The notes under the pieces were generated by a model that saw nothing but the letters and a program-made list of their open reading frames with translations, was not told the DNA's origin and searched no databases. Shown here one piece after another: positions 25,963 through 39,199 of a stretch of 64,000 bases of DNA; positions within the stretch are counted from its first letter, which is position 1, and each line of letters opens with the position of its first letter. This stretch comes from Rhizophagus irregularis. Taxonomy: Eukaryota. Made by a program: the position numbers and the translations under genes. The DNA is taken from NCBI RefSeq assembly GCF_026210795.1, contig NC_089434.1, positions 3,348,001-3,412,000 of the forward strand. The letters are read 5' to 3'.

Positions 25963-26220
25963 TTAAAAGGTAAACCCATTAAAAAATTGATTTGTGAATG
26001 GATCATTCGAAATTTGGGTCGGTAATCGTATAAATCGATTTGGTATAAGTGTTTTATATCTAAAATGTCGTTGATATCGACGTCTCCGGATAATACGGTC
26101 GTAAGATGATGAGAGGATAGTAGGATAGTAACGAGTTGAAGTATCAGGTTGATTATTAAAAGAATTGTTTAAAACATTTGACGAGATATGATCCATTTGG
26201 GCTTGTGAATGATTCATCAT
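25963..26220 (-). CDS. Basic micro-protein, 85 aa (copy 2)
   Basis: Intact ORF containing RIIRRRRYQRHFRYK and ending NDPFTNQFFNGFTF. In-frame indels relative to copy 1. Confidence 0.75.
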   Translation of the reverse strand: MMNHSQAQMDHISSNVLNNSFNNQPDTSTRYYPTILSSSYDRIIRRRRYQRHFRYKTLIPNRFIRLPTQISNDPFTNQFFNGFTF

Positions 26221-29200
26221 AAAAATATAGGAAATAAATATATAATGGGATAACTTTAAAAAAAGTTGAATTATTATAATTATTATTTTTTAAAAAAGAA
26301 AATTAAGTGACGCTTAATAAGTATATCTCAATGCCTAAATAAACGTATCTTTTTTTCTTTTGTTCTCTCAAAATAATTTCTTCATAAAGGAAAAGTATAT
26401 TAACTAATGAAAATCACGGAAGAAAATTATTTGAAGGAAATTATTTGAAGAAAAAAAAAATGAGTATTTTTAAAAAATTCGCGACTTTATAAATTTTTTA
26501 TATACTAATAATTTCCTAATATATTAAATTATTAATTTCAACTCGGATAATTATTTTATTCTTCAACATGCTTTGCACAATAATTCAAAACAAATAGTCT
26601 TAAAAATTAGATATATACAAATTATTTATTTTTTTTTTATTTATCATCAATTTCATTATTCCGTGAGTAAAATCAAGATCGAATTATACCGAAATATCAT
26701 TAATTACCAAATTCAGCAAAGAAACCAAATTTTATTTTTAAAAATTTATTTGTCAAATATGTCAAACGCTATTTATGCACATTGATATTGGCGCAAAAAT
26801 ATCGCAATAATTGACAACAATAATAATTGGTTACATTTGTAGAATTCCATCAATTTTTCATATTACTAGTAACACCATTAAACACTAATCAAGTACGATC
26901 TAAACCTGTTATTTATCATTAGTAAAAAGAAATAGCATCTAAATTGTACTCGGATCTAAATAAAAAAAAAATATTATTTTTTGATGAAACGATATGACGT
27001 TCCGAAGTCCGAACATTACCAAATTTAGAGTAAACTAAATCAAATTATTTTAAGCCATTGTGCAACAATTTCATGACAAACAATATATTCCCGAGTCAGA
27101 ACTGAGTAATGTTTTCCCCACTTTTTTTGTTTCTGCAAATAATCAATCAATCATATAACAAATCAAGTATTATCATACGATAATTTGATAAATACACAGT
27201 AAATATATTTATATTATCGTTCCTTTTATGTAATCTGTGTCAATGAAATGATTGTTGGTTAATTAATCGAACCTATAATAATATACATATAAATATAAAA
27301 ATAGTGTTTAAATTTTATATTGTATAAAATCATCCGCTTTTGATAATTTTTACACAGCAACGGCAAACAATTAAATTCATTCCCGAATTAGGTCCGAAAA
27401 CGATTTTTTTTTTATGAAAATTACAAATTTAAGAATATCCTTGAAATTTTTATTTTTATAAACCTATTAAATGTGTACATAAATATATTTTTTTTTAGAA
27501 AAAAAAAATCAATTGACTTATCATTTTGTTTCATATCTAAGTAAAATCTTAATAAAATGGGCAATTTGTTGCTCCGTGCTTCCGTTAAACGATTGAAAGG
27601 AAATTTAAAATACCAAAATTTAGCGACGGAAAAAAAAAATTTATAAAAAAAATTTTTTATCAATCGTTACGCATAGGTGGTATAGCCAATCATGGTTTTA
27701 CACATTTTTTTTTTTTAAAAAAAAAAAATTGATTGACTGATTGAAAGCCCGTTTGAATTACTTAATTTAGTAAATCATAAACTCCGATTTTAACTTAAAT
27801 AGAATTCGTTGTTCCAAAAGGAAAATAAAATTGAATTAAAGTTTCATAAAAAAATTTTTCATTATGCATTCTTTTTATTATCTGCTTATTATTGTAAAAG
27901 ATAATGAAAAATTGATTATTTAAATTATATTAATTATATTTGAAAAAGGATCACAACAGAGGCAGTTACAATAAAAGAGATGGCTACTATTGTCGATTTG
28001 GATGACTGTAATTTCCTTTTTTAAAAAAATTTATTAAAATAATATGATTGTAATTTGTAATTTAACTTTTATAACTATTAAATGAAAAATCGTTATTCCT
28101 GAATATAACTTAATTCAGAAATAATAAATAAAGCAATTATTAAAAGGTTCAAGAATTTCAAGTAAAACCTGAGTGAAGAAAATAGTATCTAATAAACTTT
28201 AATTAGATCAAATATGGTAAAAAAAAAAGTCATTTACTATATCAATTACAATTTCTGAAAATGAGAATCAGATTCGGATGAAAATCGTTGTGTAAGAAAG
28301 TTCTGAATCCTGATTGACAATTTAACTTTGAATGTTAAATGGAAATCAACGTTCCAGAAAAAAAAGAATTACCAAATTTAGAATAAACACTATGAAATAC
28401 TTTAATTATGCTCGTCAGTTCTGAGTAAAATTTAAAGATTTCCGATTAGTTTGTTTTTATGTATAGATTTTATATCATCTAATGAAAAAAAAAAGTATGG
28501 GGAAATGATACCATCAGAATTAGATCCGAGTAATGCATTTTTTTGAAAAAAAAAAAAAAAACGGTAAAATCCGATTGATTGTAAATTTAATAAACATACT
28601 GTAAATATTATATAAATATTTTCATTATTTATTTTATTATTAGTCCGAAGAACACTCCCGAGTCATGTCTGAGTAAATAAATTTTATAGAAAAAAAAAAA
28701 ATTTGCCAAATTTATACTAGTATAAATGTATAATACTATATATAAGGATTGTTCGTTGTAAGTATTGTACGACATTGTTCTTTTATTTATAATCTTTAAT
28801 TCCTAGGCTTGTTATACAAAATATTAGCTGTCATATCTGTCAATTATTACTTTTTTCCATTTGATCCAAATTGTAAATCAATCTAAATTGATTAGTCATT
28901 GTGCTACTTCATTAATCTTTTCGTATTATCCATCGTTATACGTCAAAACCGAAAAAGTCCATAATGTCATCATGTTTTAGGACATATAATATAAAGAATC
29001 ATAGCAGAATCAAGTACAATAAAAGGATAAACTATTATCCTATTCCGAAAGGTATTTTAAATAATTTATTAAAATGTTAATAATTTGTAATAACAAGTTA
29101 AATGGAAATCAATTTTCCGTTATAATGTAACATTTATTATAACAGGTCCAAAATTTTATTCGATAAGCGCAATTTCTATAAACTGTTATTATCATTCGTT

Positions 29201-30284
29201 TCCATGTTAGGTCTGAGTAAAGAAAATCATCTAAATCTTTTATTGTAATCTCCAATAAAATTTATTTTATATAAAAACCTTAAATTATCCAAATTAGTAT
29301 TTAAAAGGGAAAAATTACCAAATCTTAGATAGAGTCAACTTAATCAAATCATAGTTCATTTAACATCGAATTCGTCGAATTCCGGTTTTTTTTTTACGGT
29401 AATTGAAAATGGAAGCCGACGTTTCGGAGATAAATTTGAATCATAAAAAAAAGCTTTTTTTTTTTATATTAGTGCTCCTTTTGCCATCCGACGAAAAAAA
29501 TATCATATCGTTATGGTGCAGCAACGCCAAAATAGATTTTTTTAGTAACCAAATTAATGTGATTTACCAAATTTAGAGTTACCCTTGAAATTTTTTTTTT
29601 TCTTTTTTTCTTTATAAATAGAATTCGTTCCTGTAAATATTCTTTAAGTTCGTTCCATCGAGAACATTTTTATTAGTGTGTTACTTCGAGTTAAAATAAA
29701 CAATACGGTAATTTTCTTAAGAAAACTCTTCTTTTACATTTAAAGAATGGGCATTAACATTAACAAAAAATAATAATAATATTTTTTTTTAAAAAAAAAA
29801 ATTATTAATTATTTACTGCTGTTAATTCATAATTCGACCGACCTATAAGGAACAATAAAAACAAAAATGCTGTAAGTTTAAATTTTTTTGAACTGAACAT
29901 AGGAAAAAAAGAAACCTTATATAAATGAAATTTTTTTTTTTTTAAAAAAAAAATAATCAATCAGTCATTTTAATTAAGTGATGAATCAATCTCAGCGTGG
30001 AAAGAATATTTATGCTAACTATATTAGAACATTTGTAAACAACTATATGAAGAATGGTTTTGGTCCCATAAGTTGATTGCGTTAGAAAAAGAAATATAGC
30101 CTTCTTTTTCAAAATTCAATCAAGATAATAATTTGCTTTATGACTTACGTCCAACTTCCAAATAATTTCTTAAGGAGAGAGGAAGTGCAAAAAAATCAAC
30201 TGTCGTAAGAGAAGGTTTTTGTAATTTTTTTATATAATTTGAGTTAATTCAACATCAATTAATCAAGAATAAAGTCTTAAATCT

Positions 30285-31230
30285 ATTATTGATGCTGCTT
30301 TACAAAAGAGGAGCAGATCAAAATGTTTCTAAATGTAGTCGACGTTTAATTTCAAGATATCATCATCATCTCCTTGTCTTTTCCGCTTCCTTTTTACTGG
30401 TCTATTTCATCAGATATAAGTTTCTTCTCAGAAGACAATCATTGCGATAATAATACCCGGATTTCGTCACTATGATCCTTCTGATTCTTCGGATATTCGA
30501 GTTCTTTCAGTTTAGGTAAAGGAATTCAATTAATCCATATGTCCATGTTTATTTTTCCATGGATCGGGTTTTCCCAAGAGACAGTGGTAGGAAGATCACA
30601 AATTTTAGACAAGTTTCACCAGCTAATAAGATACAATGTTTTTTCAGGACCTTTTATGATAGAGATTGTTCAAGAAACTCCAATTCTTCTCATGGTACCC
30701 CAAAAATAATAATAATTAAGACTACTCAATCAATACTCAATGCGTAGAACATCAGTATTTTCGATACAGATATCAATAAATGGAAGAATGTATGACTTCA
30801 ATCATACATTGATGTCACAGACTACTAGAAACTACCTGAAACCTGATCGCATGCTTTTAACATTCATCCGAGATTCATGATTAATATACTTTCACAAAGA
30901 AATTTGAAAATTGAAATCAAAAGAAATAAGAATTCTTTTGATTGGGAGAGATCAGTATTGGATTTGGGCAATGTCCAATTAATACAATTGGATTTTGACG
31001 TATAAGATGTCCAATCGGAATAGGATATATATCTTGGTTGTCTTCTATATGTCCGACTGCTGGGCAATGGTGAAACTTTTCGGCATTATAATTTATCAAT
31101 AATAGAAAACGAATCTAATTGGAAGTTTAGATATTAGTAACGAAGACAGGTTCCTTCATATAAATTCTGTAAGATGTAAAAACCGTTGTTTATGAAACAG
31201 TTTTTAAGATGGTAATCAAACGAGAATAAT
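30285..31230 (-). pseudogene. Decayed gene of an uncharacterised lineage-specific family, copy C
   Basis: INYNAEKFHHCPAVGHI..QDIYPIPIGH..NPIVLIGHCPN, collinear with copies A and B. Confidence 0.7.
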
Positions 31231-31386
31231 GATTGTATTCTCATTAAAATTTCGTGATTTGAAATTCAAATTGATATTATATTAACGATTTTAATCACTA
31301 ATTTTATAGTCCTTCACGCTTTATATCTTGCTGAAAAAGGAGAAAAGGAGATATGGAGCATAATTAACATTATCATATGATGTCAA

Positions 31387-31758
31387 ATGTCGTACCAATG
31401 CCTTATAATTTATCGTAGAGGGAGAAAGATTATTTCTTATGGTCCGGATGGGTACTCACTACTCAGCGAAGATCAATACAAATATGTTACAAATCCACCA
31501 TACAAATTAAGTGCAACCGTACTTTTAGTATACGAAGACATACTCGAACAAATTGCCAATTCTGAAGGTGAACGTGATGATTTAATTCAACAATATTTAA
31601 GAATCTATCGTGATGATATGAATAGTTATGGCGAAAAAGTATATTATAAAGGTGCAGAATTTTTTGTTTTGCAATTATCCTGATGATAATTACGAACTTG
31701 ATTTTGAAAAAAAGGGCGGGAACAATTCTAGGAGAACTGGAAAAGATTACACTTTAAG
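31387..31758 (+). pseudogene. Inverted 3' half of the second toxin-immunity fusion copy
   Basis: Reverse complement of 23070-23482 (SYQCLI..LSEDQYKYVTNPPYKLSATVLLVYEDIL..KGAEFF) with small indels and an internal deletion. Confidence 0.85.
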
Positions 31759-32088
31759 AGGTAAATTTTAAAATAAATCATATTAAAGATCCGTTAATTT
31801 TCATTCTTTTAATTCTTCAGAAAATAGCAATTTTTATTATATAAATTAAAGATTCATTTGTCCTGTAAATTCTAGAATTATTCTTTTCAAATAAAATTTT
31901 CCCTTCTTATTTTTGTGTATAACAGATTGTTTAAATTGTATTGAAAAATATATTAAATATAATGTACCGTTCTTTGACTCAAATTTGAATATGAATTATC
32001 TGTTATATACCGTTAAATATTTTTTGCTGAGCCACAATGCATGTACTCCTGTATATATATACATATAGTCATGTACTTTCAAAGCTTT

Positions 32089-32659
32089 TGTGATCAATTA
32101 CAAAGTACGCACTTTGATTTTTATACGTTCCAAGGTAAACGTTAACATTATTTGCATTTCTGTTAGTAAATTCTTGAAGAGTTTCTAGAAGTTTTTCCCG
32201 ATTTTGACTATTCCAGTTATCGTCTTGATTGAATCCCCAATTGGTTTTGTGATGACTAAATATGTGTTGCAATTCTTTTTCGACATTTGTCAAAATGTGC
32301 AAAACCCGGGTTGAGTACATTTGCCTTTGCATAAGTTTTATACACGTTATAAGATTCGTACGTATTTAACCTGATTTGATTTTGGCCAGATACGGTTCCA
32401 TCCAATGTGTGCCAGTAAAAGAATATCGATCATCGGTTAAAGTCTCACGATGGCCATGATTAGAGATATAAAACCAATGACCATTGAGCCAATCTGTATT
32501 TTCTTTACTATTATCCTTATACAATCCAATCCAGTCCCATTTTGATGGCGTAATAATGGACCATTCAAATTCGAGATATCCTGATTTTATATCACACTTT
32601 ATGTAACAAATTTCTCTTTCTTCTGATCCATCCATAATGAATATTTTGTTGATCTTCAT
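32089..32659 (-). pseudogene. 5' half of the second toxin-immunity fusion copy
   Basis: Near-identical to 23483-24068, with a 1 bp deletion near 32400 and a 14 bp deletion near 32286. Has CAA where copy 1 has TGA. Confidence 0.85.
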
Positions 32660-33167
32660 CCATGAAAGTAATCCTTTGAAATAAAGAGAAAAAAATTTGT
32701 CGAGTAAAAGAAAATTTTTGGGTGAGAAAAATTTTCATTTATATAATTATCGATTAACATTATTGAAAAATGCAGGAGCTAGTGGCTTAGAAATATCTCA
32801 ATCCAATGATCCCACTTCTAAGAATAGATTTATTATTTATCATTGGTGTCACGGTCATGTGGTTGAATTAGGCTCGGATAAAAAATAGTGTTACGTTCGT
32901 ACCGATGTGGAATAAAAAATTTACTTCGGGAAAAAAGAAAGCGTTAATATAGGTTTATGTCGCACAGACATGTCGCGACATTACGTAATTACACGTGATT
33001 TTTAAATAGACGGTACAATTTTTTTTATACAGTATATACAGGCCTCAATGAAATTACACTTTCTTTAATAAAATATTGTAATAAAATCGTAATTTTTTCA
33101 ACGAAAACGCATTCTAAGGAGTTCTAACTGATAATTAGTAGTTGTCTTTACAATAAATAAGTCAAAA

Positions 33168-33396
33168 TTTCATAATAAATAGGTCCACATCGAACATATG
33201 ACACTTATGACACTGTAGTGTCTATCTATGTTAATTTCATCACCGGTATAAGATACAAGGATATCATCAGTGCAAAATATATAACATCAGGGGGTCGCCT
33301 TTGCAAAATTATCGGTATCCTCATAATATCTGAAAACTATATCAGGCCTTGCAAAGGTCTATTGTAAAATCGAATTTATTTAAAGTTCAGAAGTAA
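33168..33396 (-). pseudogene. Second, more deleted DUF2283-like copy
   Basis: Shares gcaaaattatcggtatcctcataatatctgaaaactatatc and gtataagatacaaggatatcatcagtgc with 24800-25120. Confidence 0.7.
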
Positions 33397-33599
33397 TGCA
33401 TGATGCTTCAGGAAATAATATCATTTTTTACTTAATTAACTGAATAGCCTTTTTTTCACGATATATTTATATTATATAATAAAAGATTTGTTTTTTTGCT
33501 TGATTTTATTTTGTAAAAAATATGTAATATTGCATTTGAAAAAAATAAAAAAATAAAAAATCTCGATACAGAATTTTTTAACAAATTATTACCACAGGT

Positions 33600-34400
33600 T
33601 TGCAAAAAAATTTCTCGCGTAATATTTACTGTATAAACGAAACATAGATTCTAATTAATTATTAAATCTTGTAACACTGATGATTTTTTGAAAGGAATTT
33701 TTGTAATCCCATTATTAAATTTTATATTAACGGGTTCTTTTCTATCGATCCTGTAATTTTTTTTTTTTAGTTTAAATAAAATTAATTTAGTTGTCTAAAT
33801 AAGTTAGAAAAACTTATGAGATCATAAAATTTACCTCGAAGGAAATCTGATTTCCAAATACAAGTCTCCCTCCGGCATTAGATCTATAATATAATTATAA
33901 TCAGATGCTGTTCTTTTAAGAAATTATTTGATTAGTAATATTATTTCCTATTAAATATTACATACCGATTGTATCTTTTCTTGACAACATGTATAAAACT
34001 TAATTTAGTAATGGTTTTTAACCATTCCTCAACGGGTTTGAAATATAAACCTGACAACATCCCCTTCAAACTTGACCGAGACTCCTGGTTTGTGACAGCA
34101 TGGAAATTGTTTAAACATAAGAGAAATCTAAAAACTTTTAAAGGGAGTAAAAAAAAAAGGTCAGAAGCAAGTCTAAAAACAGTGAAAAAAAGTCGATCAT
34201 TTTCACTTTCTATAAAAATTTCTCTGAATGTTACGAAGGAAGACGCAGTTCCTTCTCCGGAACCAGTAAACCTTCTCAAAGAAATTTTAAGAAAGAAACA
34301 TTGCGCTTCCGGGGAGGTCATCCCACGCTCATTACATTGCTCATTACATTACACTCTCGCGGGGAGGGTCATCCCACGCTCATTACGCTCACGAAAATAA
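33600..34400 (-). pseudogene. Unit-specific inserted gene fragment of unknown family
   Basis: 126-codon ORF 33941-34321 with a probable frameshift in a T-run. Short direct repeat ggtcatcccacgctcattac near 34316 and 34367. Absent from the preceding unit. Confidence 0.35.
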
Positions 34401-35025
34401 TTGATTTTTTTTACACATATTTATTATACTTACTTTCGTCCATTTTTGAAGTCGAATAAATATAAGCGTATTCTTAAGTGTCGTTATAAAAATGTGGACG
34501 AAAATTACGAAAGTTATAGTGTGTTAATTATTATTATAAGTATTATAAGTATGCGAAGTATGCGTTAAGTTTTATTCAGGGGAATAGAGAAAAAAGTTAG
34601 GAACTGAGTAGAAAAAAGAAAGGGAAACTGGAGTAATTATATACGTAAAGATCACTTGAAAAAAAAAAAAATGGTCATATATGTATACTTTTTTGAATAC
34701 ATCGTGACACTATCGTGACATAGACTCTTTTGGTGGTTTGTAGTGATACTGATAAACTTTTTTTACTAACATTTCATCATTTTTTCAATCATGTCATCTC
34801 AACCAAAATATTCATCATATTCCCTATTAGTTTTAGTATTATTACCATCAATTAAAACTTTTTATTCGGCACGAAGTGCCGAATAAGTGATTTATCCGGT
34901 ATCCCGTGATTTGAATATTGTTAGATGGTACATGATGTCACCAATGGAAAGAACTCAATTTTGATCTTATCTATTTTAATAAATAATAAAACATAACCAA
35001 TTCTATTGATGTACAAACGAGTGCT

Positions 35026-35262
35026 ACGGAGATGAGTGGTGTAGGGCCAAGGAGATGTGTAGTGTATGGTCCCTATGTGACAGTTTACACAGGTGATAAA
35101 TAACACGACGGGCCAAACACGTGATTTTGAGTGGGCCGAAATGCTATTAATCACCTGTGTATGGTTCACACCCCTTATTTTACACACTGTTACACACTGC
35201 TAAATATCACCATACACCACACAAGTGGTCGACCCTACACCACTGGTATTCGTCTTACCGTG
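35026..35262. mobile_element. ~240 bp MITE with imperfect TIRs
   Basis: agtggtgtaggg...gtgtatggt mirrored by accatacac...ccctacaccact. Flanked by duplicated tacaaac. Absent at homologous sites near 16020 and 25645. Confidence 0.7.
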
Positions 35263-35546
35263 TACAAACATAGCACGTTGATACCCATTAATTTCACAAT
35301 TCCAATTTTTTTTATTAAATTTATTATATCTATTATATACCTTAAATATTTTAACACTAAAGTAATAAAGTCGATAAAGCCGATTAAATAAATCGTTCTT
35401 TTATATTAGAAGAATTTTGATCGAAAGTTGCCAATTTAAATTTAAATGCGAAGGATGTATATGTTTCTGCAATGAGCAATGAACAATCACGTGAATTTCT
35501 CTGTCTCTCACGTGGACGTCATTCAAATCGCAAATTTTATAACGGT

Positions 35547-35786
35547 TTAAAAGGTAGACCCATTAAAAAATTGATTTGTGAATGGATCATTCGAAATTTG
35601 GGTTGGTAATCGTATAAATCGATTTGGTATAAGTGTTTTATACCTAAAATGTCGTTGATATCGACGTCTCCGAATAATACGAGCGACATAAGTTGATGAG
35701 ACGATAGTAGGATAGTATAAACGAGTTGAAGTATCAGGTTGATTATCCCGAGAATTGTTTAAAACATTTGACGAAATATGATCCAT
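35547..35786 (-). CDS. Basic micro-protein, 79 aa (copy 3)
   Basis: The original start segment is deleted, but the frame is open from the internal Met (MDHISS) to NDPFTNQFFNGSTF. Confidence 0.65.
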   Translation of the reverse strand: MDHISSNVLNNSRDNQPDTSTRLYYPTIVSSTYVARIIRRRRYQRHFRYKTLIPNRFIRLPTQISNDPFTNQFFNGSTF

Positions 35787-38700
35787 TTGAGCTTCGTAAA
35801 AAATTTATGAAATAAAATTTAAAAATATAATAGGTAACTTTTAAAAAAAAGGTGAATTATTATAATTATTATTTTTTAAAAAAGAAAATTATAATAAGTA
35901 TATATCATGTCTTAATAAACGTATCTCTTTTTTTTTTTTTTGTTCCCTCAAAATAATTTCTTCATAAAGGAAAAGTATATTATTAACTAATGAAAATCAC
36001 AGAAGAAAATTATTTGAAGGAAATTATTTGAAAAAATAATGAGTATTTTTAAAAAAATTCGTTAAAAGCGACTTTTATAAATTTTTTTTTACTATTTATT
36101 ATTTAATTTCCTAATCTATTAATTTCAACTCGGATAAACTCGGATAACTATTTTTATTTTTATTTGTATTTTTATTTTTATCTTTTATTTTATTTTATTT
36201 TATTTTTGACTTATCAATTTCATTATTTTCCGTAGTAAAATTTAGATATCTAGATCGAATTAGCAAAGGGAACAAATTTATTATAAAAGTTTATTTGTTA
36301 AACGTTATTTATGCACATTGATATTGGCGTAATAATTACAATTGGTAGAATTCCCCCAATTTTAATATTACCTTATTCAGTTTATCAGTTATGCATTTTA
36401 TGCATTGTGAAACTATATCTCACTTTCATGTATTTTGGCTTTTTTTTTTAATATGATAACATAATTTAGTTTATTTTATAATGTTTACAAATAATTTCCT
36501 ATATTATTAATGAAAATCGTAAAAAAAAAAAATTTTTTTAATTTAATAAAGGAGTCAAAACATCCTTGAATTACCTTAGTGACACCATTTAGCACCAATC
36601 AAGTAGTATCAACTTGTTGCCAATTCACATAGTTATAATTTCCTTTTTTTAAAAAAAGTCTTTTTATATGAATGATGATTAAATTTCTGAGCCGTTATCG
36701 ATTTTATTTAATAGTTATAAAATTCAATTACTAATTACAATCATATTATTTTAAAACATGCAAGATAAGCGCGATTTCTAAACCTGTTAATTATCTAAAT
36801 TTTACTCGGAATTATACAAAATAATACAATCTTAAATTTAAACGACGTTCCGAAGCATTAATCAAATTATTTAAGCCATTATGCAACAATTTTCCCGAGT
36901 CAGAACTGAGTTATGTTTTCCCCACCTTTTTTTTTCATGCAAATAATCAATCATCGTATAACAAATCAAACGATAATTTGATAAATACACAAGTAAATAG
37001 TTTTTTTTATGTAATCTGTGTCTGTGAAATGATTGTTGGTTAATTAACCGTAACCTATAATAATTTTTTATTTAAATATAAAAATATATATATATATTGT
37101 ATAAAATCATCCGCTTTTGATAAAAAAAAATATTATGGACGCAGCAACGGCAAACAATCAAATTCGTTCCGGAATTAGATCCGAAAGCGATTTTTTTTTA
37201 AAATTAAAATATGATTATAATTTGTTCTTGAAAATTACCAAATTTAGAATATCCCTGAAATTTATTTTTATAAACCGATTATATATGTATATATATATAT
37301 ATATTTTTAGAAAAAAAAGAACCAATCTTCTTATTTATTTGACTTATCATTTTTTTCCCCTAAAATTTTTTTTTAAAAAAAAATTGATAAGGCGTTTGAA
37401 GGCGTTTGAATACTAAATTTAGTAATATCAAATCACCAATACTAATCGGATATAAATTCCGATTTACTATTTTTTTCGTAAAGATAATGAAAAATTTATT
37501 ATTTAAATTATATTTGAAAAAGGATCACAGCAGAAGGTAATTTAACTTTTATAACTATTAACAGTATTTCGGTATAGCTTAATTTAGAAATAATAAATGA
37601 AGCAATTATTAAGGTTTCGAAAATTTCCAAGTAAAACCTGAGAATTACCAAATTTAGAATACACTATGAAATATTTAAAGTTCCGAATAAAATTTAAAGA
37701 TTTCCGGTTAGTTTGTTTTTATGTATAGATTATCGTTTCTTTTATATCATCTAATGAAAAAAAAAGTATGGGGAAATGATATCATTAATATTTGGATCTG
37801 AGTAATGCATTTTTTGAAAAAAAAAAAACGGTAAAAACGTCTAAAACATACTGTAAATATTATATAAATATTATATATATACTTTTACATTTGATAACGT
37901 CGTGTCCAGATGTCCGACAATTCCCAATTATTCTGCTCATCCTGATTATATAATACAGTATAATTGTTAATTACCAATTTAGCGACGGAAAAAACTTTTG
38001 ACTATATAGAAAATTTTTTTCATAAGGTTGTAAAAATATTGTACGACCACGTTAATTCTAATTAAGAAATTTTTTGTTATACAAAAACGAATTTTTAATT
38101 GCTGTCATATCTGTCATTATTATTAGTTGTTTGAATAATAAACTTTTTCCCATTTAATCCAAAATTGTAAATCAATCAAAGATTACTTTCTACTTCTTAA
38201 TATGGTTTAATCATTGTGCTACTTCATTAATCCTTACGTGATTACACTTTCCATGTCGTCATTATACGTCAAACCGAAAAAGTCCATAATGTCAATTTCA
38301 TTATTTTCATGTTTTAGGAAGAGAGTACAAAACTATTATCCGATTCCGAAAAAGTTTAAATAAGTCCGGTATAATGTAACATTTATTATAAAAGGTCAAC
38401 GATAAGCTATCATGTTAGGCCGGAGTAAAGAAAAATCATCTAAATCTTTTTTATTCGGAACAATCTCCGATGAAATTTATTTTATATAAAAAAAAAACCT
38501 TGAATTATCCAAATTAGTATTTAAAAGGGAAAATTTACCTGAGTAAACTTAAAAAATATATAAATCAGTTCATTTAACATCGAATTCAGCCATTCGACGT
38601 CGTATGGTACAGCAACGCCAAAATAGATTTTTTAGTAACCAAATTAATGTGATTGGTTACCAAATTTAGAGTTACCCTTGAAATTTTTTTTTTTCTTTTT

Positions 38701-39199
38701 TTCTTTTATAAAATAGAATTCAACCTACTTTTTTGTTCCTGTAAATATTCTTTAAGTTCGTTCCATCGAGAACATTTTTCTTAGTGTGTTACTTCGAGTT
38801 AAAATGAACAATACGGTAATTTTCTTAAGATAACCCTTCCTTTCCATTTTAAAGAATAGGCGTTAACATTAACAAAAAAAAATAATAAAATTTTTTTTAA
38901 AAAAAAATATTAATTATTTACTTTACTGCTGTTAATTCATAATGACCGACCTATAAGGAACAATAAAAACAAAAATGCGGTAAGTTTAACTTTTTTTTAA
39001 GAAAAAAGGGAACCGAACATAGAAAAAAAAAGAAACCTTATATAAATGAAATTTATTTTTTTTTTAAAAAAAAAGAAATGGATAATCATCAATCTCAGCG
39101 TGGAAAGAATATTTTATATGAGAAACATACGAAGGACGGTTTTGGTTCCATCAATCGATTACAATAAAACTTAATTTCAAAATTCATCAAGAAAACATG

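Larger units (their letters stand above)
15900..39150. repeat. Tandem segmental duplication, ~9.6 kb period (units ~15900-25400, ~25400-34780, partial ~34780-39150)
   Basis: Micro-protein ORFs end at 16310, 25963 and 35547 (spacing 9653 and 9584 bp). Near-identical blocks include 18550-19170 vs 27558-28175 and 23483-24420 vs 32089-32972. Confidence 0.92.

Noticed and set aside
33969..34400. 143 aa plus-strand ORF
   Set aside because: TTG start, antisense to a more coding-like minus fragment, and no recognisable motif.
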